A stretch of 64,000 nt of DNA from the NCBI RefSeq assembly GCF_964355755.1, contig NC_092680.1, positions 9,114,001 to 9,178,000 of the forward strand. The letters run 5' to 3'. Shown here one piece after another: positions 50,074 through 63,527 of this stretch; position 1 is the stretch's first letter, and each line of letters opens with the position of its first letter. Source of the DNA: Antedon mediterranea (taxonomy: Eukaryota > Animalia > Echinodermata). The notes under the pieces were generated by a model that saw only the letters and a list, made by a program, of their open reading frames with translations, had not been told where the DNA came from and did not search any database. Both the position numbers and the translations under genes were made by a program.

Positions 50074-50340
50074 AATCTATGATTCGTCAGGTAAGCTGCG
50101 ATTTATAGGCCTGGTCCTGTGAAATGAAAGAAGTAGTGACGCAGACGACGTTGGGAGTATGACACCTGTTTGATAGTCTGCTTATCTCTGGTTTTGGGTA
50201 TCGTATTGGCCATCGAACACAATTAACCACCACATTTCATCACCAGGAACAAACTTGATTACATCATCGAACAGGAAATGACCAATCAACACAAACGTTG
50301 ATCCACGATTTTGATTGAAATAACGTCACGAGCGCACGCT
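50074..50340 (-). promoter_or_regulatory. Candidate promoter and non-coding first exon of RTK copy 1
   Basis: Donor GTAAGT on - at 50073; an acceptor precedes the ATG exon (about 47060). A GC-richer patch carries CCAAT (50282), ETS-like CAGGAAAT (50272) and CRE-like ACGTCA (50323). Confidence 0.4.
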
Positions 50341-50829
50341 TAACAATTCGAAGTTTTCATATTTTAGTCTACTCTGTAGCAATGTTAGTATACTTATAGG
50401 CATACGGGAGTCACGACTTAAAGTTCAGTGAACTTACTGTGACTTCCATCCACCCACATTTAATATATTTTATGTAAATGTAAATGATATATATATATAT
50501 ATATATATATAAGTGAGTGGAAAAAATAAATAAACGAAACGAAACGAAGTTTGATTAGTAAAAATCAGAGTGAAGAGTGACATTACACTTTTCCCTGGTA
50601 TAATTCTTCAGTAGATCAAGCAGTGGTGGCGCTATTAAGTGATTTTTTCCGTCTGTCAACAACTTGTGTAATTGAACAATTTTGTTTGAGATAAAAACAT
50701 TAATTCCATGTTTATACCTTAGTCATGACTCGTAAATGTATTCAGACAATTTAGTGTGACATATCGTCCCGGTACAAAACGTAAAGGCAACGTACATGAA
50801 ATCAATGGAGGATTATTATCTTTATAGAT

Positions 50830-51552
50830 TTTTTAGTCGCGTGGAAGCGACTCTATAGTTCACTATGTCGGTCGGTCGGTCTGTCGGTCTGTCTGTCGGT
50901 CCGGCATCACTATGCGTTTTATCGCTTTCTGACCTTATCTTGATATCAGTTTAATCTAGCTAAGTCAATTTTTCACAGTATATTCCTTATGGCCAGGAAT
51001 CGATGTGGTTATGTTTTCACGGTGCGCAATAAAAAATTACGCGGTCTACGCACGATTTAATGAAATCACGTTTGTAATCATATCTTCACAACCATGAATC
51101 ACAATTAAATAAAATTTGGTACTCATAAATTTCAGGGCATAAATCATCATATGGCAATACAATTACGTGCGTAGCGCATGTAACGCATGCGTACGCGCGC
51201 TTAAAATTTTCAAAATTTATTTTCGATGAAATAAGAGTACGTTTCAAGCAATTTTAAGCGTTTACAAAATTTCCATGAGTGCGCAGATTTTTGCGCGCGC
51301 ACTGCACATTAAATGTTATTGCGCACTCTTTTTGCCCGATTTCTGTTTTCTTGACTTACTTTTCAACTCGAAATTACGTTATACAAGCACGTCAAAAGTG
51401 ACAGGCTACGCACGTGTAAATTAAAAAATATAACTGTTTTTAAACATTTCAACATTTTTAAACATGTTCAGTAGTTTCGGTCAGTTGGTAGGTTGGTCGG
51501 TCGGTCGGTAAACACTAAGCACGCGACTGCAGCCATCTATATGGCCTTGTTT
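50830..51552 (+). mobile_element. Helentron-associated element (HINE/DINE-1-like)
   Basis: T-run, subterminal IR AGTCGCGTG...CACGCGACT, 5' hairpin agtcgc...gcgact, (GTCG/GTCT)n microsatellite, and 3' hairpin gccat...atggc before cttgtttt. Confidence 0.7.
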
Positions 51553-52710
51553 TATCTCGTATTGCCTTGCTATAATATTATCACAATTATATCAACTTCA
51601 CATTTTATTCAATTATGAATGTTAGATGTTTGAATAGTATACCAGTACCTACAAAATAGCGGTCTATAAAACAAATGTTTAGTCGGAAAATGGTGATATC
51701 ATGGACAAGAAGACAAAGTATAATCATATTTATATTTAATATTACTAAATGTACAAAATATTACCTTAACATTAACCAACTGTACCTATTTCTAAATTTT
51801 GAACAATAAGAGTGCATACACATTTTAATTAAAAGTATTAATGAGGTGGCAAGAAGAAAGTGTTGTTTCTTAAACTAAATTAAACTAAATTTCTTGTGTT
51901 GCGGTTCCAAAGGAGCGGTAAGCCCACTGTTTGTAGAGGAAATAGAAACCAGCAGAAAAGTAAAATGACAATTAAAATGTAACAAATATTCGTTCAATGA
52001 CCTCAGTTATTAGTACTAGATTTAGGATTATTAGTAAATAATCGTTTACCCTTAAACGAAAAACGATTCTCTTTATACTGTATCTCCACATTTGACATTA
52101 TAATGTCCAGGCCAATACTATAATACTGTATTACTTAATGTAGGCCTCTCCTATGTGGTGATACAAAAAATCGGCTAGAAATGTTTTTGTCTCTTGGATT
52201 TTCTCCTTTTAGGCCTAATATCCATCCTGCAAAATGCTAACATTAACTATAACAGCAGTATGGTCTCACTGTAAACCTACATTCATTTTCATGTACTAAA
52301 CTGTTATGTTCGAATAATGTACAGTAGCAATTGTGATTTTTCAATGTCACTTATACTTGTACAAAACTAAGTGTTTTACTTACACTTATACAAAACTAAG
52401 TGTTTGTATTTAGAATTCTTATCTGAAATATTTTATGTAGATCAGTGTTTTAGCTAAGAAAAGGTCTGACATGAACAATTTTTAAAAGGTGAAATCAAAA
52501 TGTGCTTTAGATCAAAAAAAGTCAGAGAGTTAGGCATATACAGTATAAAGATCTGTTTTAGACCTAGAAAACCTAGAAAAGTCAGATAATGCCTATTCAG
52601 GATAGGTGTTTTACATCTGGAAAAAGATTTTGTTTTTCTACTAGTAACTAAAATCACTCCCTTTTTGCACATTTTATTCAGCATAGATCATTACTTTGGT
52701 GGCTGAGTTC

Positions 52711-55700
52711 TTAGACATTATCCAGCGAACTGGTTGTACCTTTCTGGATCAAACTCGTCATTGCACATATGTCAGTTTCTAAATAATCTGAATCCATTTC
52801 AAGCAGTTTATCAAACGTCAAAAATAAGTCGTTAAATGTTGGTCGCTGATTAGGAATAGCTTTCCAGCATTCTAGCATAATTTCATATCTGATGGAATAA
52901 AACACAGTATTCTGTTAAATGTCCCGTGTCATTCAGCTTTTATCCTAAATTCTTGTAATGACTTTGAAAGTACCACATATGCGTTGGATAAAAAAAACTA
53001 CTATTAGTATAAATAAGTCAGTAAAATAAGTGAATTATGGATATTCAGGAAGAAAGCAACGAGTTATTTATAGAGGAGAAACTTGTAAAATCAGGTGTTC
53101 CCAAGGACTATTGGGCCATTGTTATTTTTATTTTATGCGAGTGTATTAAAAAAGAACAATAAAATGTTATTTTATAGATTAGAAAATCCTTTCTAAAATA
53201 TTTTTACACAATTGGGTAAGTAAACTTATTATTTTCAGTTATATTAAGATTTCCTTAGTTGGGTAGGAAAATACAGCACTAACGATACTGATTATTAACC
53301 GAATTAAGTCGAATAAAATAAGGCTTGGATGAGGTGTAGCTTATATTTCCTAGAAATAAAACATGATAACAACATATGAACTTTATCATGTTATAATTCT
53401 TTTAAGTTCAATGAAAAAAAGAAAGCAATATTAAAAAACTCGACAGACTAGAAACAATGTTTAAATCTTTTTTTTTCAAAGCTGGTTTTAGATATATATA
53501 ACGAGTGAATTAAATAACAGAATTACATGTGTATTGGACATTCGTCAGGCCTCTCCATTCTGTACCCAGTTGAAAGTTTTTGAATGACAGAAGATGCGTC
53601 CATTTCAGGATAAGGCATTCCTCCATTGGTGTAAATCTCATATAATACAATTCCAAACGACCATCTGAAAGATTACAAAACAACATATTATTCTTTTTCT
53701 GATTTAAACAAAATCAACAGTACGATTTAATTGATTGAATATAAGTACAAATTTTAATTGAATAAGTACCAACTTTTATTGAATTTAAATAAGTGTCAAA
53801 TTTATTGAATTTGAATAAGTAACAAATTTTATTGAATTTGAATAAGCTCCAATTTTGATATAAATTTGAAACAGGATTTGGTGAGTCGGTAACAGAGTTT
53901 GAGATACATTTCTGGGATGTGTCGTAAAATTCTTAATCGGTGAAAAGTCTTTTTTCTTTTAAACCTCAAGTTTTTTTAACTTACACATCGCTCTTAATTG
54001 TGCATTTACCCTCTTCGTTTGTCTCCAAACTGACCCATTTGATTGGACGCTTCTTCTCCGGAGCAAGACGTTTGTATCCGCTCTGATAAATGTCATCAGC
54101 CAATCCAAAGTCGGATATCTTTACTATCATTCCTGTTCCTACTAAAACATTGCGGGCTGCCAAATCACCATGGTAATATCTCGTTTTTGATAAATAATCC
54201 TTGAATCAATTTAATAAAATATTTTAAAGTAAATTGTGGTTTTGAATGTAATTACAGTATTACTAGATAATCCAAACAAGTTTACTCCTCATCCTCTATT
54301 GCTCGATTGGAATACAGTAGGCATATATCACACCCAAACCAATCCAAAATGTTTGTTAGTGATTTTCCGATTTATAATACATTTCTTACAAAACAAGAAA
54401 CCCGTGGTCATGTCTGTAGGCGTCATCCAACAACAAATACAGTACTCCAATTTTCAAATAAATGGGAATGAGATGAAAAAATGAAATGAAAATGTTAATG
54501 ATTTATATTTACCATGCCTCTTGCGATTTGTCTTGCAATTTGTATTCTATTTTCCTCCGTAAGATCGTAAATTGGATCTTCTATTGCAAATTTTGGCTGT
54601 GAAAACCAAGTTAAAATATATGAAGTAGGCCTATATTATAGTATTTTTATAATACATGTATAGTTTCTCATTTTGGTCATCCTCGGAATATGACATGATC
54701 TACCTTATGGATGGGAATATATTGAACATGTTCACATATACATTATAATACACTAAAATTCACTAAAAATAGCGCCACACATCGAACATTATAACAACGT
54801 TGCTGTGAAACCATTGAATAATATCTTCTGAATAAGATCATATGAATAATATGTTAGTGTAGTGTGATGTGTATGTACGTAGAGTGAAATGTATCCTAAT
54901 TTACAGTATATCACGAGCTGATTCGTTGCCTCAAAAGTAATGTATTAATGATTTAGATTTAGTCTTATTACTTGGCAAAATGTTATTTACTTGCTTTGTA
55001 TGTATGTTTGTTAGCACGACAGCATCTACAATTTTCAAGTTATCATTCTCAATTTACTTACTTAATACTTACAGAACATGCCAATTGAAATTTAAGAAAA
55101 TCGGTTCATCATTAACTTTACAATAACAAAAAAGAAAAATTTGTATTCTTTTAACATTAGGCGAAATATCAACATGCGCCATCTGTGGCAATATTTTGCC
55201 AATTACTTCACTCAGTTTCTGAGTGCTTTCATTTTACATCGTTTGTTACCTTGCATCTCTGCAAAAAGTGAAGCAGGTCTCCGTACCGCATATACTCTGT
55301 AATCAAATAGTATGGTTCCTTCAGTGTACAACACCCTAATACACTTAGTATATTTGCATGATTGCCTATGTCATCGATCAATCTTATTTCGTCAAGGAAA
55401 TCCTCTTTCATTGCTTGCGATGCATTTGCTGAGAAATTAATTGCAAAATAAACAAATTAAACATTTAATTTCTATACTTATAGGGAGACACGAGTTTTTA
55501 AAATACAGTAAGCAGTAAGTCAATGTAGAGATTGTAATCACAGAGCATGATACTGTATCTCTGTTAATGTGAATAGTAGGCATAACATGTTTAAACCATA
55601 TGCGCAAGTTTTTTAACCAACCAAAGCAATTGATTTTTTGTATAATCTGGTCAACTCGGTGGTCCTTGCGTCCTAGTGGATCCAATTTCTAGGACCAATA

Positions 55701-58700
55701 CATAAATTAATGTTAAGCCGTCCTACTTACATCATAACATGTTATTATACATAAATAGTATTTAACTAATACTATTATTAAGAGAATTATTGAAAATCAA
55801 AAAAATATAATAGTACATTTTCCTAAAATATATCAAAATGTACTTATTTTAAAATTGAAATCAACCGTGTGGTTTAGCAGCCCATTATATTGACCACGAT
55901 CAACCAACTTTTGTTATTCCTTGTTTTATCAAATTTACATTCTTTATTAATTACTATTTGTCTTACATTTTAAGCACTTTACCGCAACTTGGACATAATC
56001 AACTCCTCCATCAATTCCTAGAGCGTAACCTTTATAAACAATACCAAACTGGCCGCTGCCGAGAACCTCTTCGAGTTTTAGGAGATGTCGACCAAACTCT
56101 AGATCTCCGTATTCACTTTCCTTTAAACATTCTTCAATATCTGAGTAAAAAAAAGAAATTATTTATTGTGTGTGTTTTTTGAAAAAATAAACAAAATCTT
56201 CCCAGCAATAACCAAGGAAGAGGTATTGTCAACATACTTCACCCCGTTGTTTAATGCAGACACAAAATAAAGATTATTATGCTATAAATACTGTATAAAT
56301 ATAATTATAACATTTAATTTTCATCTTTTAAAGAATAATTTTTTTTCTCAAATACTTTACCTTTCAATGCGTTTACATGTCAATGTAGTAACGTTTACAA
56401 AACGTATTTACTACATTTTACGCACTAAAATTATTCTTTGATAATTGAAAATAATACTGTACTGCAGTAAATTCAGTCGTAATTTTTATTTCAGCTGTGG
56501 AAAAAAAGGACATTTTGGTGTTCGAATGAGTTTGTTTAAAAAGCACTTTACATTATGGTGTGTTAGGTAATATCATATATCATTATCTCACCGCTGCCAT
56601 AATGAACAATACAAACATACAGAAAGACGTTTGTTGCATACTGTATTATAGCATCCTATTTTAAAGGCCAGGTGCGGGCAAAACTTTCTATTGATCATAC
56701 ATTCCAGTAATTATCGATCTATAGTTTCCCCTATGTTTCATCTTTTTGGGATTTTATTTGTGTTACACGAGCTTATTGAAAATAAGCACTTTCTTATAGT
56801 TCAAATTACACAGCAAAATCTCTATTCTTTTGTACACAAATGTTGTAAATTTAGAGGCATTTTTAAAAAGCTATGAAAAATAAATATAAGTGATATAACT
56901 TTAATTTTACGTTTCTGGTATTTTTTATTCAATTTCAGAGTTTTATTTTTATGCTATCGCAAAAATTATCCACCGTATATCCACCGTCTTTTTTTTACCT
57001 TCTAGGGAGTCAGCAGACATGTTATTACATTAGGCTAAACTACCTAACTACTGAAAAAAAGTCTTCCTGGTTTTCATAGCAGAATTTTGTCAAAGTTTGT
57101 AAATGACAATTTTATAGGAAATTAATGTTTTTTCGTCTAGATTTCTATTATAAATATTTGATTTATGTACAATTAACCAGATATTATGTTTAAAATCCAT
57201 GCCTGTACCTGAGCTTTAAAACTGTCTGTAACCAGAATAAATGAATTCCATCAACCATTTTGTCGGCTAAGATTATTTTTATTAGACAAATAATCATTCA
57301 GTAGAAATTACAGTTAGAGACGAAAGTTAGGTATAGAATGTGATTCATTTATTTCTTTATTGACCCTTATCATGGTATGAAAGAACATTCTTTCAACCTT
57401 ATACAAAAAAAAACCAAACACTTCCAGACATAAATAAATATTTGGTCTTATACATGAATTTATATATCGAAAGCAACATCTAACTAAAACAAATACAACA
57501 TTTTGTGAATAAATTTAGCTAAGTTTGAGATTTTTTTTGGATCTGGTATTAGTAATTAGGCGGGTGATATAATACCTTTAAATGTATATTTGGTGCATGG
57601 TAAAAAGTAAGGGGCAAATAGATTGTAAACAGATAAGTGATAGTTTGTTAAACCGGACGCAAGTTGGTAATGGACATCCCACTACAATACTTACTTTAAG
57701 AATTGAAAAAAAATTGCTGACGTATTATTTTAACTTCAAACTTACCCTTCTCGTCAATTCCCTTTGACACGCTTACGGTGTCGGGATCACGCTTGAAATG
57801 TGGCATTGAACGTAAACGTTTTCGACGAACGGAATAACCGCATGAAATGAATGTACACGCAATTGATACGGCGACAACCATCACAATCACTATGATATAG
57901 GTGCTTGAAGACCCTTGAGTTGTCTTACCTTTAAAAAAAAAAATATATATATATATATATGATGCATTGTTTAGTACATTTGAAGTAGGACTGATCGATT
58001 TAGACATACAGTAACATGCCAATAAGCTGCCGCATTTATTAAAAAATGCGTTTAAGAATAAATATTGCTCTGAATACAACGATAACAGTACAATTATATT
58101 ATTATTAAAGAAGTACTGTACTGTAATAATGAATCACTGTAGAATAATATCAGTCATGGAATTTGAAGTCAGTACCGTTAACCGTTAATACTTAATAGCT
58201 CAGCAGCTTTCACATTTATATTGTTTACTAGCAATTATACCAGCCCCAGGGCGGGTTTCAACATTAGTTTAAAGCCTTTTCAGTACATAACTATATACAT
58301 ATACTCCACCCCTTTTCAATAACACACCACACTCATTTTTTTTAAACAAATTCTTCCCAGAACAACTTTAGCTTCAAAATGAGAGTGGTATACATAGCTT
58401 TCTCTCTCATCTCACCATCCAAGCCATAATCAACAAAACCTTAACTTCTCCCCTGGACAGTTCAAATGTAGTAATATAACTTTTCCTATTACAATTCCAA
58501 TCATTTTGGCTACTTCATTAGGCCAGCATTTTCGGTCCTCCTCCCCCTTCAAACACACCCAAGATACTGGGTAATGTGTTTAAGAAGGTTCCAATAAAAA
58601 TTATGTTAGCCATAACTCAAAAACCATAATCCCTCAGTTTTCAAACGTAGTTTAAAACATTCCCAATACAGTTTCGGTCTTGGTGATAGGCCTACATCCC

Positions 58701-61700
58701 CACACTCCCATCCCCTTTCCAGGGATAATTAAAATGCTTTAACATTTTCCAACCACAATTCCCGGTACAATTGCGATCATTCTGATACCCCATATTATGT
58801 ATGGTTACACGCAGACACAGAATTTTGTATAACGAACAAACATCGAAAGTGGGCCATTTTGACCACATTGTGGCCCCTAACTTGGATTCTAGATGGCAGG
58901 TGATGTTCAAATATTGTAGTAGAACACAGTTACAGTAAAGACCGTGTATATATATTTAGACAGGAATAGATGTCTGTAATGAGACAATCCAAGAGACCGA
59001 TACATAGCTGGATATGGTTAAAGTACTTTGCTAAATGTGTAAATGAATAGGTGTCATATTGGTTAATGATTAAAATATGTACTATATTTCCCCAAACGCA
59101 TTCCTGAGGATAATTCAAATACTGTAAAACATTTGTAGTATAATTTTACAATTCGATAGCCTACAACCCCGAGTCCATGCAAAAATGACATCACAAACCA
59201 CCCTCCACCCTCCCACAAAAAAACCAGGACTCGGGGAATTGTTTTAATGTAGTTTAAAACCTTCCCGGTACAATTGCGATCATTTTGATACCCTATATGT
59301 ATGGTTACGTGCAGAAACAGAAATTTGTATAACGAACAGACAAACAAAGTGGGTCATTTTGACCACTAGATGTCGGATGATGTTGAAATGTAGTTTAGAA
59401 CCTTCCCGGTACAATTCCGGTCATTTTGATGCCCAATATGTAAGGTTATGTGTAGTAACAAAAATGTGTATAACGAACAAACAAACAGACAAACGTACAA
59501 AGTCTCCCACTTATAATATAGATTACTAGCAATTATACCCGCCCCAGGGCGGGTTTCAAAATTAGTTTAAAGGCTTCTCAGTATAACACCCAACGCCAGT
59601 ATGTCCCTATACTTACCACACCCCACACTCTTTTTTGAAAACAAACGCTTCCCAGAAAAAATTAAACTTCAAATGAGAGGGGTATACATAGCTAAAGATA
59701 GGCCTATGGTTTAAGTACGTTGTAAACTTTGTAAATGAATAGGTGTCATATAGGCTGATAATTAAAATATCTAATTTTGATCTGCGGGCCCTCAGCCTTC
59801 TTTCTCCTCTCACCATCCCACCCACAATTAACAAACCATAACAACTCTACCCCTGGACAGTTCGAATTTAGTAACTTTTCCTAGTAAAATTCCAATCATA
59901 TACTTCATTACTCCAGTATTTCCGCTACGCTCTTCCTCCCTCCCAACACACCCCAGACACTGGGTGATGTGTTTAAGAGGGTTCCAGTACAAATTATGTT
60001 AGCCATCACTCCCACTTTCAAACAATTTCCTACCACAATTATGGTCATTTTGATAACCTACTACACCTAGCCTAAGGCCACTATTCCATGAACTCCAACT
60101 TTTACACCCTATCTCCCAGCCCCACTCTCCCACCAATTCCCCTTCCCCCTTTTTGAAATGTAGTTTGAAACCTTCCCGGTACAATTGCGATCATTTTAAT
60201 ACCCCATATGTATGGTTACGTGCAGAAACAGAAATTTGTATAACGAACAAACATCGAAAGTGGAGAAAAGTGGGCCATTTTGACCACATTCAATAACACC
60301 CCATACTCTTTCATAAAAACAAAGTCTTCCCAGTGATGGACAAATTCAATTCAACCTAAGCTTCAAATTGAGAGGAGTATACATAGCTATGATGGGTCTA
60401 ATAATGGATGAAGTACGTTGTAAATTGTGTAAATGAATAGGTTTCATATTGGCTGATAATTAAAATATCTAATTTAGATACTGCGGTCCCCCAGCCTTCT
60501 GTCTCCTTTCACCACCCCAGCCACCATCAACAAACCTTTTCTCCTCCCCTGGACAGTTCAAATATAGTAACTTTCCCTAGTACAATTCCAATCATATAGG
60601 CTACTTCATTACACTAGTATTTCGCTCCTCCTCCGCCTACAAATACACCCCAGACACACTGGGTGATGTGTTGAAGACGGTTCCAGTACAAATTAATGTT
60701 ATTATCACTCCCAACCCATAATCCCTCAGTGGCAGTTTTCAAATGTAGTTTAAAACATTCCAAAATACAGTTTCGGTCATGGTGATAGGCCTACATCCCC
60801 ACCCCTAACTCCCAGCCGCTTCCCAGGGATAATTAATAACATTTTCCAACCACAATTCTGGTGTAAGCAAAATCCCCACTATCCTCTGAACCCCACTCTC
60901 TCACAATTGACGTTTTTCCCGTGGAGGTATAGTGATGTAGTATAAGATACAAACACTTGATAAATTAATAAATGATCGCATCTTTTGTCCTTGTTCTGAG
61001 TCTAAAATTATATTATGCTAGAAAGTCAGAACGGTCTTTATCTGATGCTGAGTAATATCCCTCATAAATATTAATGCATTCTACATCCTTAATGTCAATG
61101 TAATTTTGATCATCTTATAAATTGTTCTATTGGTTGCATTATATCTTTGCATCATTTCTGTACAAGCATCACCCCTGAGAATATAGAGTTAGAATATAAA
61201 TGTATTTTACGTTTTACGTACATTCCAATTTATACAGTAAGAGTAATGTTTACTTACTAAAGCAATAGCTGCATCAAGCAGTATAACAAGCAGTTATAAC
61301 AATATTATACTATACTACATAGCAATGTTTTTTCTGATAAAAAGAAAAGTACACCAACAGCAGTTTTAAATAATTAAATCGAAGCAGTTGCTGTGAAGAC
61401 CATTTCTGTTAGTAGGTTATAGAAATTATATTGTGAATATATGGAATTTTGAGAAAACTGTAAACATTGTCATTGGGACATTGTTTTAGCCTACCTGGTA
61501 TTTCTGTAGGCGATTCAAGTTCTGAAGTGTTGAATTGTACTACTGTTGTTATGCCTGCCCTTCCTTCACTAGTTAACCCAACCATCTGAAAATACACACA
61601 ATAATTTCCAATAAAACACAAAACTGGCTTGAATCACGGATGGAAACTAATTCTTTGTTTAGGACGTTAATTGTATATCTTATATCACCTTTTACCTGAT

Positions 61701-63527
61701 TTTTTAATTATTATTTTAAATATTAAAATATACATTTGAAATAATACATAATTGTCTTTGAAATTGAGTACTGTTGAGCCTAGGCTCTTGAACAATCTGT
61801 CTTAAACATTATAGGCACTAGTCATTATTGAATGTCAAGTTTCGAGTTGTACAGTATATAGCATTAAATATTTAAACTAAATCAAATAATTTCAGTCTCC
61901 AATCAAAATAATATTTTAACTCCTTTGGTAAACAAATGGAAGTAATCAATTAAAGGATAATAAGAATGAGTTAATGCTTAAGTTTTATAATAATACATAG
62001 ATCAACAACATAACAACAGTTGCAATAATAGTACAATAATGACGTCATTAGCAGAATAATTAAAAAATCATTTATGTAAATAATGATATCCACCATCATC
62101 TTTAATAAAGATAACAGTTTTCCTTCAGGGTTTAATCTTTTTACCTCTAAGTCATACATTGTGTTTTGTTCTAGTTGTCGAATAATTTTGGTTGAAACGC
62201 GTTCACTGCTTTCTATTTTAATCTGAAAATGTAAATGGAACAGGATATTGTTAAGAACATCGTTTTTTAACTGTAGTATCAACGGTGGAAAATATATCGA
62301 GTCAAAAGTTGTTTACCAAATTCTTCATAAATGTTATGTCTGTTTGTTACGCCCAAGGCAACCATAACGACCAATATCAGGCCCGTAGCCAGGGGGAATT
62401 TATGGTTAGGAAGACCCTCCTCCCCCCTATACAGTGAACACCCATCCCCGACATGCCCAATACCTCACCCTCATATCTGAAAATCCTCCAAATACGTGCC
62501 CAAACCCCCATCCCCCGCCCTTGACAGATCCTGGTTACGGCTCTGAATGTCCATGCCCATGATTACTTAAGCAACAGTTACCAAAACGTGCTAATAAAAT
62601 CAACATATTAAGACCCAAATCAGTTAAAAACCGTTATACATCGATACCATATTCCTTGATATTTAAATCTTAGAATTGTTTAATAATGATTTTTTATGTT
62701 GCAATATCATCAGAGTATAGACGATGCCTTTTACCATTAAAGACAAAACCGACGGGATATTGCGTGAGGCGGCCAACATCTCGACCCGGGCCTAACCCTA
62801 AGTATTTGAGCCAATACTACATTCTAATTTTATATAATATTTTTCTGTGTTGTTTTACTTCTTTTGTGTCATTAATCTGTTTCCGATCCACTTTCGATTC
62901 ATTGTCATCGTTCAAATATCCACGTGGTGCGGTTCGTATGGAGATAGTTTGTGTGTTTGTTCCAAGTGGCCTTAACCACGATATGAATATCTCGCTTTCC
63001 TTTCCTGTGACCACGCTAGAAACATGGACATCTGCTGGGGCGCTTGGATATTGTGGATCTAGAAATGTAGATGTTGAATTTGTATATTTTTAAAATAATA
63101 ATTGATGGCATTATTTTACCAAAAGTGTCACAATTTGTATGCTTTTCTTTACAAGGCCTATGCCCATCAAAGACTTTTTTTATTATATTTTGAAAGTATA
63201 TATTGTATTATTACTGAAAAAGATTGCTTGAAGATTTCATGTTAAACGTTTACAGAACAGTACAAAATGTTATTAGTTTAATTAATGTAGGTGACTGTCG
63301 CCATTTTAATGACAACAATTGAAATGCTTGACCCCTTCTAGATCGAATTGTAGAATAGAACCAGCTAATATCAATACCTTTTTGTTATGTAAAGACATTT
63401 TTAGAAATGATCAAACAGCATTTGGATTGAGTGGTGATGATAGACCAATCGCTAAAAACAAACTACTACTCATTTAATTTACCTAACGTGGAACAATATT
63501 CGTAGTCGTTTGTCTCTCGGTAGCAAT
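52711..63527 (-). CDS. Receptor tyrosine kinase, copy 2 (tandem paralog; 5' exons lie beyond the window end)
   Basis: Exons 63527-63483, 63058-62859, 62222-62145, 61585-61495, 57928-57746 (TM), 56140-55967, 55428-55250, 54596-54513, 54199-53985 ([11 protein letters not shown]), 53664-53527, 52888-52711. Same phases as copy 1, near-identical exons and alignable introns; no frameshifts or internal stops seen. Confidence 0.9.
56665..57215. mobile_element. TTAA-targeting MITE (Kolobok-like)
   Basis: TTAA|aggccaggtgcgggca ... tgcctgtacctgagct|TTAA; the paralogous intron at about 37428 has a single TTAA with the same flanks. Confidence 0.75.
58228..60940 (-). mobile_element. Tandem non-autonomous Helitrons (58228-59522 and 59526 to about 60940)
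   Basis: On -: 5' TC at 59522 followed by (TTTG/TCTG)n; 3' CTAG ends at 58228 and 59526, each preceded by a hairpin (acccgccc-ca-gggcgggt at about 59537). Internal subrepeats of about 600-700 bp. The paralogous intron (about 41446) is empty at an A|T dinucleotide. Confidence 0.75.
62378..62545. mobile_element. Short CAG-terminated MITE (hAT-like)
   Basis: caggcccgtagccagg ... cctggttacggctctg imperfect TIRs with a C-rich interior; TSD unclear. Confidence 0.5.

Noticed and set aside
46319-50466. About 20-bp inverted similarity (tattaaatgtggatggaa) bracketing the first RTK exons
   Set aside because: Too short, gapped and without a TSD to claim a transposon that captured the gene's 5' end.
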